Of a DNA stretch of 64,000 nt, positions 1 to 10,077 are shown piece after piece; within the stretch, counting starts at the first letter, position 1, and each line of letters opens with the position of its first letter. The notes below the pieces were generated by a model. That model searched no databases. It was not told the origin of the DNA and worked only from the letters and a program-made list of their open reading frames with translations. The stretch is from Cytophagales bacterium (GTDB lineage Bacteria > Bacteroidota > Bacteroidia > Cytophagales > Cyclobacteriaceae), in the NCBI GenBank assembly GCA_037443645.1, contig JBBINY010000007.1:3450-67449 (forward strand), read 5' to 3'. Made by a program: the position numbers and the translations under genes.

Positions 1-275
1 ACACCGGCCATGCCATACTTTTTCCAGATGCCGATAAACTTTCGGTTACCGGGAGAAAATTTTTTGCTTTTGCTGAAAAACCGGTCGATAATTTTACTGC
101 GCAGCCAGTCGCCAAAAAAAGTGAAGGCTGTTACACTGCCCATCATGCCCACTACCGTAGCACCAATGGTGGTGATGAGGTGCAGCCCAACTGCATAACC
201 CCCCAGCGGACCGAAAATAAACTTTACTGAACTGGAGACGGCTACCGGCAGCGCTTTCAAAATTTCTTCCCACAT
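1..275 (-). CDS. small hydrophobic membrane protein (N-terminal part; C-terminus runs off the window start)
   Basis: Manual minus-strand translation from ATG at 275-273 stays open to position 3: MWEEILKALPVAVSSSVKFIFGPLGGYAVGLHLITTIGATVVGMMGSVTAFTFFGDWLRSKIIDRFF... It has two hydrophobic helices. It starts 6 nt downstream of the upp stop on the same strand. It is absent from the ORF track because it has no stop in the window. Confidence 0.4.
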   Translation of the reverse strand, partial: MWEEILKALPVAVSSSVKFIFGPLGGYAVGLHLITTIGATVVGMMGSVTAFTFFGDWLRSKIIDRFFSKSKKFSPGNRKFIGIWKKYGMAG

Positions 276-281
276 AGTTGC

Positions 282-932
282 TTACACCTTTTCGCCATAG
301 CATAAATCACCTGCATCACCCAACCCCGGCACAATGTACGATTGGGCATTTAGTTTTTCATCAAGCGCCCACGTCCAGATGGTGTGAGGTGATTTTACTT
401 TCTCCTCAATATAGGAAACGCCCTCCGGTGCCGCCACCAAAGCCGCAACATGAATGTGGGCAGGGGTGCCATGGGCACCGAGCGCTTGTACCGCTTTTAC
501 AAATGATTTTCCGGTGGCCAGCATCGGGTCAACCAGGATTACCAGCCTTCCATCCAATGCGGGTGCCGCCAGGTAATCCAGTTGAATCGTGATCTCCTCG
601 CTATTTTCTTTTCGGGCCGCACCGATAAAGCCACAATCGGATGACGTGAAGTATCGCTGAAAACCGGTGAAATAGGGCAAGCCAGCCCGCAGTACGGTTA
701 TCAGCACAGGCTGCTGATCCGGCACCAAAATACGCGACTCGCCCAGCGGAGTCTGGACGGTGCGCCCGGCATAGCGGAGTTTCTTTGAAATCTCATACGC
801 CATCAACTCGCCCAGCCGTTGCATGTTATTCCGAAATCGCTCCCGGTCGTGCTGAACGGTCTTATCCCGTAACTCCGAAAGAAATTGATTGGCAATGGAA
901 TGTTGGTTATTCAGTACAATTAGCATGGGCAC
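282..932 (-). CDS. upp: uracil phosphoribosyltransferase
   Basis: 216-aa ORF with PRPP-binding loop LVILVDPMLATGKS and C-terminal uracil-binding motif YIVPGLGDAGD. Confidence 0.9.
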   Translation of the reverse strand: MPMLIVLNNQHSIANQFLSELRDKTVQHDRERFRNNMQRLGELMAYEISKKLRYAGRTVQTPLGESRILVPDQQPVLITVLRAGLPYFTGFQRYFTSSDCGFIGAARKENSEEITIQLDYLAAPALDGRLVILVDPMLATGKSFVKAVQALGAHGTPAHIHVAALVAAPEGVSYIEEKVKSPHTIWTWALDEKLNAQSYIVPGLGDAGDLCYGEKV

Positions 933-967
933 TTTTTTCTAATCAAAATTTAGGATAAAGTTGTCAT

Positions 968-1945
968 ATGAACAGCGCTGGAACGGGGAAAAAGGTAAAA
1001 CGCGTGCAACAACCCGCAGGGTATAACATAAACAGCACCCTGTTGAAGCAACTTTGTGCCATTCACGCCCCATCGGGTGAGGAATTTGCAGTAAAAGAGT
1101 TTCTGTTGCATTACATTGCCAAAGCTTCCAACACCTGGAAAGTCCGGCCCCAGATCATCCATGGCAATGAATTTCAGGATTGCCTGCTGTTGAAATTTGG
1201 CAAGCCACGAACGGCCATCTTCGCCCACATGGATACGGTAGGCTTTACGGTACGCTACTTCAATCAACTGCTCACCATTGGCAGTCCGGATGCAGGGGCC
1301 GGCACCCGGCTGGTGGGTAGCGACAGCCTGGGAGAAATTGAGTGCAAACTTGAGTTTGATAAAGAACACCACGCCTTCTGCAAATTCGGCCGCACCATCG
1401 AACGCGGAACCTCGCTTACCTATAAACCCGATTTCATAGAAACCAACCACTATATTCAATCGCCTTACCTGGATAACCGGCTGGGTGTTTATAATGCATT
1501 AAAAGTTGCCGAAACGTTAAAAGACGGAGTAATCGTCTTCTCGTGCTGGGAAGAGCACGGTGGCGGATCGGTTCCCTACCTGGCACGATATATCCATGAA
1601 AAATGGGGCATCACCCAGGCGCTTATCTCCGACATCACGTGGGCATCGGATGGTGTGGAGCCGGGAAAGGGCGTTGTTATTTCCCTCCGCGACCGAAATA
1701 TTCCGCGAAGAACATTCATGAACCGCATCATCGGCATTGCCGATAAAAGCAAACTGGATTATCAGCTCGAAGTCGAGGGAATGGGTTCAAGCGATGGAAG
1801 GGAGTTGCAGCTATCGCCTATTCCGTTCGACTGGTGCTTTGTGGGAGCCCCCCAGCAATTCGCGCACACTCCCCATGAGAAAGTGCACAAGCACGATGTG
1901 AAAACCATGGTGGCCATGTATCGCACGCTGATGACCGCGTTATGA
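968..1945 (+). CDS. M42 family metallopeptidase (FrvX/YpdE-like aminopeptidase)
   Basis: 325 aa. N-terminal HAPSGEE motif and metal-ligand region FAHMDTVGF are typical of the M42 family. Confidence 0.8.
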   Translation: MNSAGTGKKVKRVQQPAGYNINSTLLKQLCAIHAPSGEEFAVKEFLLHYIAKASNTWKVRPQIIHGNEFQDCLLLKFGKPRTAIFAHMDTVGFTVRYFNQLLTIGSPDAGAGTRLVGSDSLGEIECKLEFDKEHHAFCKFGRTIERGTSLTYKPDFIETNHYIQSPYLDNRLGVYNALKVAETLKDGVIVFSCWEEHGGGSVPYLARYIHEKWGITQALISDITWASDGVEPGKGVVISLRDRNIPRRTFMNRIIGIADKSKLDYQLEVEGMGSSDGRELQLSPIPFDWCFVGAPQQFAHTPHEKVHKHDVKTMVAMYRTLMTAL

Positions 1946-2520
1946 AAAACAAACTTGCAGTTGTTTTGTCTTTTTTCGTTGTGCGGCTGTGGGCGCAGGA
2001 TGATTTTTTTACAACGCTATCCGAAGCCGCGATTGAACTTACCACTCACCGGGTTGTGTATACACCGGCCTACATGGCTATCGCCTACCCAAACGGAGAT
2101 GTTCCGGCCAACACAGGCGTTTGCACCGATGTGATTATACGTGCCTACCGCAAGCTGGGCATTGATCTGCAAAAGGAAGTGCATGAAGACATGCTCAGGA
2201 ATTTTGACGCCTATCCGAAAATCTGGGGCCTGAAAAAACCCGACACCAACATTGACCACCGCAGGGTTCCGAACCTGAGGACCTTCTTCGGCCGGCACGG
2301 AACACCGCTTAACGTTTCAGGAAACCCGTCTGATTACAAGCCGGGCGACATTGTAACGTGGAACCTACCCGGCAACCTTCCGCACATCGGTATCGTGGTG
2401 AATAAAAAATCTGATGATGGGAACCGTCATCTCATTGTACACAACATCGGCAACGGGCAGGAACTCTCAGATTGCCTGTTCACGTACGCCATTACGGGTC
2501 ATTACCGGTACAAAAAGTAA
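1942..2520 (+). CDS. DUF1287 domain-containing protein
   Basis: 192 aa with a signal-like N-terminus. GVCTDVIIRAYRKLGIDLQ and NIDHRRVPNL match my recollection of DUF1287. ATGA start/stop overlap with the upstream peptidase gene. Confidence 0.75.
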   Translation: MKNKLAVVLSFFVVRLWAQDDFFTTLSEAAIELTTHRVVYTPAYMAIAYPNGDVPANTGVCTDVIIRAYRKLGIDLQKEVHEDMLRNFDAYPKIWGLKKPDTNIDHRRVPNLRTFFGRHGTPLNVSGNPSDYKPGDIVTWNLPGNLPHIGIVVNKKSDDGNRHLIVHNIGNGQELSDCLFTYAITGHYRYKK

Positions 2521-2534
2521 TTCTGCTTTTATTC

Positions 2535-2542
2535 TATTTTTG
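2535..2542 (+). promoter_or_regulatory. Bacteroidota -7 promoter box (TATTTTTG = TAnnTTTG) for hpt
   Basis: Exact TAnnTTTG match in the 28-nt gap after the DUF1287 stop, with 6 nt between the box and the hpt ATG. Confidence 0.45.
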
Positions 2543-2548
2543 CGCTCC

Positions 2549-3076
2549 ATGAAAATCAAAGACCTCAATTTCAAGAAATTCATACCGGCCTCTAAAATAA
2601 GTGCCAGGGTGAGTGAACTCGCGCATCAGATTCACACCGATTATTCATCCAAAACGCCCCTGTTCCTGCCCATCCTCAACGGATCGTTCATGTTTGCAGC
2701 CGATCTGATCCGACAGGTAAATCTTGAGTGCCGCGTTTCCTTTGTAAAGCATGCGTCATACCAGGGCACGGCCAGCACGGGCCAACTGAAAACACTGATC
2801 GGGTTGAGCGAAAGTATTTTTAATCAGGATGTTCTGTTGGTGGAAGACATCATGGACACCGGCCTCACGTTAAGCAACGTGGTGGAGGAGATGCGCAGTT
2901 TAGGAACACGTTCGGTAGAGATTGTAACGCTCATCCGCAAAGCACCGGCACGCGAGCATGCTGTACAACCCAGATACATCGGCTTCGACATCGAAGATGA
3001 ATTTGTGGTTGGATACGGACTCGATTATGACGGACTGGGCCGCAACCTGCCCGATATCTACAGAACAACCACTTGA
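2549..3076 (+). CDS. hpt: hypoxanthine phosphoribosyltransferase
   Basis: ATG at 2549 chosen; the ORF-track start at 2414 overlaps the upstream gene. 175 aa with PRTase motif VLLVEDIMDTGLT and VVGYGLDYDG. Confidence 0.9.
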   Translation: MKIKDLNFKKFIPASKISARVSELAHQIHTDYSSKTPLFLPILNGSFMFAADLIRQVNLECRVSFVKHASYQGTASTGQLKTLIGLSESIFNQDVLLVEDIMDTGLTLSNVVEEMRSLGTRSVEIVTLIRKAPAREHAVQPRYIGFDIEDEFVVGYGLDYDGLGRNLPDIYRTTT

Positions 3077-3135
3077 TTTTAGTATCTTCGCCCACTTAAT
3101 TCAAAGACCCGGATTATTCACCTTAACCAAACGCC

Positions 3136-3708
3136 ATGATCAACCTTGTCATCTTTGGCCCTCCGGGGGCCGGTAAGGGTACACAAAGTGAAAAACTCAT
3201 CAGCAAATATGGATTCGTGCACATCTCCACCGGTGATCTGTTCCGGTGGCACACCAAAAACGAAACACCACTGGGAAAGAAAGTGAAGGAGATCATGAAC
3301 AGCGGTGCTCTGGTGCCCGATGAAATCACCATTGCAATGCTGAAGGAGGAACTGGATAAAAATCCGCAAGCCAAAGGATTTTTGTTTGACGGATTTCCGC
3401 GCACCGTAGCACAAGCCGAAGCACTCGATCGTTTTATGCAGGAAAATGGCACCGCCATTCATCACGTGGTTGCATTGGATGTGAACGAGCAGGAATTGCG
3501 CGACCGCATTGCCAAACGCAAAGCCATTGAAAACCGGGCCGATGATGAAGAAGAAAAATTAAACAAACGGATCACAGAGTATTTCGGCAAAACCATTCAT
3601 GTGCTTCCTTACTATGAAAGTAAAAAACGGCTTGCCCGGGTAAATGGTGTGGGTAAAATCAATGAGATTTTTGCCAGCATTTGCGCTGTGATCGACCGCG
3701 GAAAATGA
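3136..3708 (+). CDS. adk: adenylate kinase
   Basis: 190 aa with P-loop GPPGAGKGTQ and AMP-binding STGDLFR. LID region has no Cys4 zinc motif. Confidence 0.95.
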   Translation: MINLVIFGPPGAGKGTQSEKLISKYGFVHISTGDLFRWHTKNETPLGKKVKEIMNSGALVPDEITIAMLKEELDKNPQAKGFLFDGFPRTVAQAEALDRFMQENGTAIHHVVALDVNEQELRDRIAKRKAIENRADDEEEKLNKRITEYFGKTIHVLPYYESKKRLARVNGVGKINEIFASICAVIDRGK

Positions 3709-3839
3709 TACCGATTTATCCCGATCCGAATAAACCCATACCCCGCGGTGTTCAGCGAAGGGTAAACCGGATTGTTGCGGGTTACCTGGTTGCTGTTGTG
3801 GTACTCTCGCTTTTTTTCTACTGGCTTGCACGCTGATCA

Positions 3840-4832
3840 ATGTCTTCGCCTAACTTCATTGACTACGTTAAATTCTGTTCACGCTCCGGCAGCGGAGGGG
3901 CTGGATTTGTGCACTTTCACCGCGAAAAATTTGTACCCAAGGGCGGCCCTGACGGTGGCGATGGCGGACGGGGCGGCCATGTCATCCTCCGTGGCAACGA
4001 ACAACTCTGGACATTGCTCCATCTTAAATACCGGAAACACGTAATCGCTGAAAACGGAAAGCCGGGTGAAGCACAGAACTGCACCGGTGCCGAAGGCAAA
4101 GACAAAATCGTGGATGTACCGTTGGGCACAACAGCCCGGTATGCCGAAACGGAAGAGAAAATTGTTGAGATAACCGAACACGGGCAGGAGTTCATCCTAA
4201 CGCCCGGAGGCCAGGGCGGCAAAGGCAATGCCTTCTTTGCCACTTCCACCCGGCAGGCACCCAACTACGCACAACCCGGTGAGCCCGGAAAGGAAGAATG
4301 GATTGTGCTGGAACTGAAACTGCTTGCCGATGTGGGGCTGGTTGGATTTCCGAATGCCGGGAAGTCAACCCTGCTTTCGGTAGTTTCTGCAGCCAAACCC
4401 AAAATTGCCGACTACCCCTTTACTACGCTAACGCCCAACCTTGGGGTAGTTTCTTACCGCGATAACCAATCCTTTGTGATGGCCGATATTCCCGGCATTA
4501 TTGAAGGTGCGGCCGAAGGCAAAGGATTAGGTATTCGTTTTCTCCGGCATATCGAGCGAAACGCCATGCTGTTGTTCCTGATACCGGCCGATTCAAAGGA
4601 CATCGCCAAGGAATTTGAAATACTGCTTAATGAATTAAGGAAGTACAATCCCGAGTTGCTGGATAAGAAGCGCCTGCTTGCCGTCTCAAAATCGGATTTG
4701 CTGGATGATGAACTGAAGACTGCGATGGAGAAGGAATTGCCTGCCGGTTTGCCACATGTATTTATCTCTTCCGTTACCGGGCGAGGCATACCGGAACTCA
4801 AAGACCTGATCTGGAAGCAACTTCACACCTGA
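3840..4832 (+). CDS. obg: GTPase Obg
   Basis: 330 aa. Gly-rich Obg fold ([12 protein letters not shown]), G1 [10 protein letters not shown]3 DIPGIIEGA. Confidence 0.95.
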   Translation: MSSPNFIDYVKFCSRSGSGGAGFVHFHREKFVPKGGPDGGDGGRGGHVILRGNEQLWTLLHLKYRKHVIAENGKPGEAQNCTGAEGKDKIVDVPLGTTARYAETEEKIVEITEHGQEFILTPGGQGGKGNAFFATSTRQAPNYAQPGEPGKEEWIVLELKLLADVGLVGFPNAGKSTLLSVVSAAKPKIADYPFTTLTPNLGVVSYRDNQSFVMADIPGIIEGAAEGKGLGIRFLRHIERNAMLLFLIPADSKDIAKEFEILLNELRKYNPELLDKKRLLAVSKSDLLDDELKTAMEKELPAGLPHVFISSVTGRGIPELKDLIWKQLHT

Positions 4833-4897
4833 CGTTTTTCCGTCAATCTGGCACACCTTGGGGGATTGGCAGAATTATTGACAATTTTGCGGCAAAA

Positions 4898-5497
4898 ATG
4901 AGTGACGTTAACGTAGGTATGGATAAAAATCAGGCACCCGAAATGGGGTCAGCGGGCCAAACGGCCCAAAATCAGGTCAGCGAAACAATAAACCACGATA
5001 GCCCGGAATCCTTCGAAACCCTTACGGGTACCGATCAACCCGACCTGTTTAAAGAATTAAGCAAAGTAAAAGACGAATTGGCAGAAGCAAAGGAGAAATA
5101 CCTGCGGTTGTATTCGGAGTTTGAAAACTTCAGAAGAAGAACATCCAAAGAGAAGCTGGAAATGATCCAGTCGGCCAATGAGGCTACCATCCGGCTCTTT
5201 CTGCCGGTGATGGATGATTTTGAGCGGGCCGAAAAATCGTTTCGGGGAAGCAACCCGAAAGACCTCGAAGGTCTTCAGCTGATCAGCAATAAATTCAGAA
5301 AGGTGTTGGAACAATCCGGGGTAAGAGTCATGGACATATCGGCCGGATCCGACTTCAATCCGGATCTGCACGAAGCCATCACACAAGTTCCTACCGAAGA
5401 CGAGAGCCTCAGGGGCAAGATTGTAGACGTTGTGGAAAAAGGATACTGGTTAAATGAAAAGGTTATTCGCTACGCCAAAGTAGTGGTAGGTCAGTAA
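4898..5497 (+). CDS. grpE: nucleotide exchange factor GrpE
   Basis: 199 aa. Coiled-coil region YLRLYSEFENFRRR, GrpE C-terminal beta domain; directly upstream of dnaJ. Confidence 0.9.
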   Translation: MSDVNVGMDKNQAPEMGSAGQTAQNQVSETINHDSPESFETLTGTDQPDLFKELSKVKDELAEAKEKYLRLYSEFENFRRRTSKEKLEMIQSANEATIRLFLPVMDDFERAEKSFRGSNPKDLEGLQLISNKFRKVLEQSGVRVMDISAGSDFNPDLHEAITQVPTEDESLRGKIVDVVEKGYWLNEKVIRYAKVVVGQ

Positions 5498-5509
5498 TAC
5501 GAATGAACA

Positions 5510-6622
5510 ATGGCTAAGCGCGACTATTACGAAATACTTGGGGTAAACAAAGGGGCAACTGCGGAGGAAATAAAAAAGGCCTACCGCAAAGTGGCCATTC
5601 AGTACCATCCCGATAAAAATCCGGGCAACAAAGAAGCGGAAGAAAAATTTAAAGAAGCTGCCGAGGCGTACGAAGTACTGAGTGATGACAACAAGCGGGC
5701 GCAATACGACCGGTTTGGTCACTCGCGCGGCAACGGTGGGTTCGGGGGTGGTCATCACATGGACATGGAGGACATCTTCAGTCAGTTTGGTGATATTTTC
5801 GGGGGTCACAGCCCCTTTGATTCATTCTTTGGCGGAGGCGGCACGCGCAGAAGACAGCGCAAGGGCTCCAACCTTCGCATCAAACTAAAGCTTACGCTGG
5901 AAGAGATCGCCAACGGAGTTGAAAAGAAAATAAAAGTCAACCGACTGGTGCGTGCAGAAGGAGTAACCTATAAAACCTGTACAGCCTGCCAGGGCAGCGG
6001 CCAGGTTCGAAAAGTGGTGAATAGTATGCTCGGCCAAATGGTGTCCACTTCATCGTGCCCCCAATGCGATGGGAATGGACAGATCCTGGACAAGCGTCCG
6101 CCCGGTGTTGACAGTTCGGGGTTAACACACCGTGAAGAAATCCTGACCATTAAAATTCCGGAAGGCGTAAGCGATGGCATGCAGCTTTCCATGGCCGGCA
6201 AGGGAAATGAAGCACCCGGAGGTGGCATTGCCGGAGATCTGCTTATTCTTATCGAGGAGCAGGAGGATTCAAAACTCAAACGCGATGGCAATAACCTCAT
6301 TTACGACCTGCACATAAGCTTTATAGATGCAGCCCTGGGTACTTCCCTGGAAGTACCCACCATTTCAGGAAAAGTTAAAATCAAAATTGATCCCGGAACC
6401 CAAAGCGGCAAGATTCTCCGTCTTCGGGGCAAAGGCCTTCGCGATATCAATAACTATGAAACCGGTGACCAGTTGATTTATGTCAATGTGTGGACCCCCC
6501 GCAAACTGACTCCCGAGGAGCGCGTTAAACTTGAAAGTCTTCGGAATTCACCAAATTTTGAGCCCAAACCCGAAGCGGGCGATAAGTCATTCTTTGAGCG
6601 CATGAAGGAATTTTTCCAGTAA
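5510..6622 (+). CDS. dnaJ: molecular chaperone DnaJ (atypical zinc-finger region)
   Basis: 370 aa. J domain with HPD (QYHPDKNPG), G/F-rich linker, CTD. Only two CxxCxGxG repeats are present ([16 protein letters not shown]) and the protein has 4 Cys in total. Confidence 0.93.
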   Translation: MAKRDYYEILGVNKGATAEEIKKAYRKVAIQYHPDKNPGNKEAEEKFKEAAEAYEVLSDDNKRAQYDRFGHSRGNGGFGGGHHMDMEDIFSQFGDIFGGHSPFDSFFGGGGTRRRQRKGSNLRIKLKLTLEEIANGVEKKIKVNRLVRAEGVTYKTCTACQGSGQVRKVVNSMLGQMVSTSSCPQCDGNGQILDKRPPGVDSSGLTHREEILTIKIPEGVSDGMQLSMAGKGNEAPGGGIAGDLLILIEEQEDSKLKRDGNNLIYDLHISFIDAALGTSLEVPTISGKVKIKIDPGTQSGKILRLRGKGLRDINNYETGDQLIYVNVWTPRKLTPEERVKLESLRNSPNFEPKPEAGDKSFFERMKEFFQ

Positions 6623-6730
6623 AAGCCTAACCCTTAGGCCCTTAAACTCGTTTACCTCTCCAGATTGGGGTTATTTTCAGCGTTTTAAGCGATTTTCTTA
6701 CACGGTGAAACTCGTGGAGGTAGATCGCGT

Positions 6731-7639
6731 ATGTACTTGTTCATGCAGAGAATTATTGGGCTAACCTTTTTGGGAGTAAGTATTGCAAGTCTTGCCTTTG
6801 GCCAGATCAGGAAACAATTTACCGTTGAGGACAATGCGGCCTGCGAAACCATTCGCCTTCGCCTGAAGGCCAACAGCGGCAATTGCTTTATCAAAGCCAG
6901 CGAAGGCCCGGGCATTCTGGATATGTTCAGCAACCAGGAGGCAGAGTCATACAGCCACCAGTTTATCAAAGAAGTTAAGGGAAAAACGTGCGATGTATTT
7001 GTTGCTGTTGAAGAAAATTCTTCATCCGGATTCAGCCAAACCATTTCATCCAAAGTGTTTGGATCGGAAAAAACAACCAGTGATAAATTCTGGAAAATTT
7101 ACCTCACCGATGACAAGCCCTATTCCTTAGAACTGAACTACGGCATTGGCAACTCTACCATTGATTTATCGGGAATGGCCGTAAAAAACCTGCGCGTCAT
7201 TTCGGCCAGCGCAAATGTGAACGTGGGATACCCTACCGGCCTTGAAAACAAAGTGGAGATGGACACCTTTTACATTAAGGTGGACCTGGGCAGCGTAAAC
7301 GTGCGTAACCTTAACCTTGCCAAAACAAGTTATGTAGTAGCCGATGTTGGCTTTGGCAATGTAATGCTTGACCTGAGCTCCGGGCCTACCACTACCAATA
7401 CCATTCGCGGCAGCGTGGCAGCGGGAAACCTGACCATTTTACTGCCCGGTGACGCAACACCTGTTTATGTAAAAATCAAAGACTCGTGGCTTTGCAGTGT
7501 ACGGATGGTAAACAGCCTGAAGAAGATTGGTGAAGGCACTTTTGCCAGCGAATCGTATACAAAAGATTCACCCAACGCCCTGGTTTTTGACCTTGATGTT
7601 TCTATGGGTAACATCATTTTTAAGGAAAGAAAGAATTAA
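6731..7639 (+). CDS. secreted hypothetical protein with LiaF/DUF4097-like 'toast-rack' beta-repeat C-terminal region
   Basis: 302 aa with a signal-like N-terminus (IIGLTFLGVSIASLAFGQ). The C-terminal half shows repetitive short beta-strand units (IDLSGMAVKNLRVISASANVNV, VDLGSVNVRNLNL, GFGNVMLDL, AAGNLTILLP, FDLDVSMGNIIF). Family assignment is from pattern recollection only. Confidence 0.45.
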   Translation: MYLFMQRIIGLTFLGVSIASLAFGQIRKQFTVEDNAACETIRLRLKANSGNCFIKASEGPGILDMFSNQEAESYSHQFIKEVKGKTCDVFVAVEENSSSGFSQTISSKVFGSEKTTSDKFWKIYLTDDKPYSLELNYGIGNSTIDLSGMAVKNLRVISASANVNVGYPTGLENKVEMDTFYIKVDLGSVNVRNLNLAKTSYVVADVGFGNVMLDLSSGPTTTNTIRGSVAAGNLTILLPGDATPVYVKIKDSWLCSVRMVNSLKKIGEGTFASESYTKDSPNALVFDLDVSMGNIIFKERKN

Positions 7640-7713
7640 TATCCCGATCCCATTCCGTTTTACGTAATTCACCGTTATTTTTTGATACTAATTGGGTATT
7701 AAAAAATAACCCT

Positions 7714-8658
7714 GTGGAAGCCCTTACCGCAAAAAACGTAACCAAACGGTACGCAACACACCTCGCACTTGACGAGGTTTCCCTGACTATTCCCGAAAAG
7801 AGCATTTACGGCTTGTTAGGCCCGAATGGTGCCGGTAAAACTACGTTCATCCGCATCATCAATCAGATCATCAACCGGGATGGTGGTGAAATCAGAATTT
7901 TTGGTGAGTTGCTGAATGAAAAACACATTGGCATGATTGGCTACCTGCCCGAAGAGCGGGGCCTCTACAAGAAACTTAAAGTAGGTGAGCAATTGCTTTA
8001 CCTTGCACAGTTAAAGGGCCTGAGCCGCAAGGAAGCACTGGCCCGCATTAAGGTGTGGCTGGAAAAGTTCGAAATCAAAGACTGGTGGCAGAAGAAAGTG
8101 GAAGACCTTTCGAAAGGGATGGCGCAAAAAGTCCAGTTTATTTCCACGGTTTTGCACCAACCCCGCCTCATCATCCTCGATGAACCTTTTTCAGGTTTTG
8201 ATCCGGTGAATGCCCAATTGATCACCGAAAACATTCTTGAATTGCGCGATAAAGGAAGCACCATCATCTTTTCTACCCACCGGATGGAAACCGTTGAGTC
8301 GCTGTGCGACCAGATTGCCCTCATCAACAAATCAAAAAAAATACTGGAGGGCTCAAAGAAACAGGTTAAGGAGCAGTTCCGGTCGAACACCTACCTTGTT
8401 GAACACTCCGGCAATCACCTGCAACTGGCCTCCGACCGGTATGAGGTGCTTGAGCAAAAACCGGTTGCCGAGAATCATTTCGAAACAACCATTCGGGCCG
8501 CTTCAGGGATTAAAGGCAACCAGTTAATCCGCGAGTTGGTGGATAAAACAGAGGTGCACCGGTTTGAGGAAAAACTTCCTACGATGGCCGATATCTTCAT
8601 CAGCCTGGTAAAAGCCGAAGGTGATGAAGCACTAAAAAAACATTTACAAGAAGTTTAA
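7714..8658 (+). CDS. ABC transporter ATP-binding protein (ABC-2/NatA-like, with C-terminal accessory domain)
   Basis: 314 aa with a GTG start. Walker A GPNGAGKTT, signature LSKGMAQK, Walker B LIILDEPFSG, plus about 90 aa of extra C-terminal domain. Confidence 0.9.
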   Translation: MEALTAKNVTKRYATHLALDEVSLTIPEKSIYGLLGPNGAGKTTFIRIINQIINRDGGEIRIFGELLNEKHIGMIGYLPEERGLYKKLKVGEQLLYLAQLKGLSRKEALARIKVWLEKFEIKDWWQKKVEDLSKGMAQKVQFISTVLHQPRLIILDEPFSGFDPVNAQLITENILELRDKGSTIIFSTHRMETVESLCDQIALINKSKKILEGSKKQVKEQFRSNTYLVEHSGNHLQLASDRYEVLEQKPVAENHFETTIRAASGIKGNQLIRELVDKTEVHRFEEKLPTMADIFISLVKAEGDEALKKHLQEV

Positions 8659-8667
8659 GGGGCAGCC

Positions 8668-9996
8668 ATGAACAAAATAGTACTGATTATTCAGCGTGAA
8701 TTTTTGAACCGGGTTCAAAAAAAATCCTTTCTGCTTACCACCATTCTTGTGCCGCTGATCTTTCCGGCCATTATTGCGGTGTTGGTAACGTTGATGATCA
8801 AAGAAGCCGAATCAGCCAAAGCCGATACGGTACAGGTTGTTGACGAGAGCGGACGCATGCGCTTTGAGGATACCAGGCGATTTAACTTTGTGTATGTTGA
8901 CCTGTCGCTGGACGAGGCCAAGAAAGCCTACCAGCATACCAATACATTTGCATTGCTTTACATCCCAAACTTTAACCTGGAAAAGCCGGAAGGATTCCTT
9001 CTGTACACAAAAGAAAACCCAAGCATTGAAAAGCTTGAACGACTGGAAGGAATGATTGAAGACCGGCTTCACGACCTTAAACTGGAGGCATTCAACATCA
9101 GCAAAGAAGTTTTAAAAAGCCTGAAGACAAATGTTGACCTGAAGCAGTTCAGCATCTCAGAATCAGGTGAAGAAAAGTCCAGCAACTCGGGCATATTGTA
9201 TGGAGCCGGTTTTCTGCTCGGCATACTGATTTACATCTTTGTGTTGGTGTACGGCATTCAGATTATGCAGGGAGTGATTGATGAGAAGACCTCAAAAATT
9301 GTGGAAGTAATTGTTTCGTCCGTCAAACCATTTCAATTAATGATGGGCAAGATCGTGGGAATCGCTTCGGTGGGCCTGTTGCAGTTTACAATCTGGATAC
9401 TCCTGATTACCATACTCTCATCAGGAGTTTTTGCGTTGTTTGGAATGAAGATGCCACAGCAACAAATGATGGAGCAGGTTTCGCAGCAGGTTGGCGATGA
9501 AGAGGCTACCGAAGCCATCCAATCGCAAAACTCAAAGATCACAGGCTTTTTGTCGCAGGCAAACCAGCTTCCGTTCGGAAAAATTGCAGTTGTTTTTGTA
9601 TTCTACTTTTTGGGTGGCTACCTGCTGTATGGAGCCCTGTTTGCAGCCGTTGGCTCCGCGGTCGACTCCATCCAGGAGTCGCAACAATTCCAGTTTCCGA
9701 TAACCCTGCCGTTGCTGATCGGCTACATGGGGTTATTCTTTTTCATCCTTCGCGACCCCCATGGAACAGTCAGCTTCTGGTTGTCCGTTATTCCATTTAC
9801 ATCACCAGTTGCCATGGTTGGCCGCATTGCCTTTGGCGTGCCCGACTGGCAACTGGCACTCTCTATGGCACTATTGGTTGGTGGCTTTCTGCTCACCACC
9901 TGGATTGCTGGCCGCATTTACCGGGTGGGCATTCTCATGACGGGCACCAAAGTAAATTATAAAGTGCTGGCGAAGTGGTTTCTGATGAAGGGTTAG
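8668..9996 (+). CDS. ABC-2 family transporter permease (NatB-like)
   Basis: 442 aa. N-terminal TM helix, about 150-aa extracytoplasmic domain, then 5-6 TM helices. Starts 10 nt after the ATPase gene. Confidence 0.8.
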   Translation: MNKIVLIIQREFLNRVQKKSFLLTTILVPLIFPAIIAVLVTLMIKEAESAKADTVQVVDESGRMRFEDTRRFNFVYVDLSLDEAKKAYQHTNTFALLYIPNFNLEKPEGFLLYTKENPSIEKLERLEGMIEDRLHDLKLEAFNISKEVLKSLKTNVDLKQFSISESGEEKSSNSGILYGAGFLLGILIYIFVLVYGIQIMQGVIDEKTSKIVEVIVSSVKPFQLMMGKIVGIASVGLLQFTIWILLITILSSGVFALFGMKMPQQQMMEQVSQQVGDEEATEAIQSQNSKITGFLSQANQLPFGKIAVVFVFYFLGGYLLYGALFAAVGSAVDSIQESQQFQFPITLPLLIGYMGLFFFILRDPHGTVSFWLSVIPFTSPVAMVGRIAFGVPDWQLALSMALLVGGFLLTTWIAGRIYRVGILMTGTKVNYKVLAKWFLMKG

Positions 9997-10018
9997 GTTA
10001 ACGGAATACACTTTCAAC

Positions 10019-10048
10019 AACCGGATGTATCGCATCCGGTTTTTTTAT
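10019..10048 (+). terminator. rho-independent terminator after the ABC permease gene
   Basis: aaCCGGATG-tatcg-CATCCGGtt stem-loop followed by TTTTTTTATTT. Confidence 0.75.
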
Positions 10049-10077
10049 TTACTTTAATCGGTCTTTTACCCTGTTCC

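Noticed and set aside
2414-2548. Upstream extension of the hpt ORF (start at 2414).
   Set aside because: It overlaps the 3' end of the DUF1287 gene in another frame. The ATG at 2549 is preceded by an exact -7 box and gives a standard-length HPRT.
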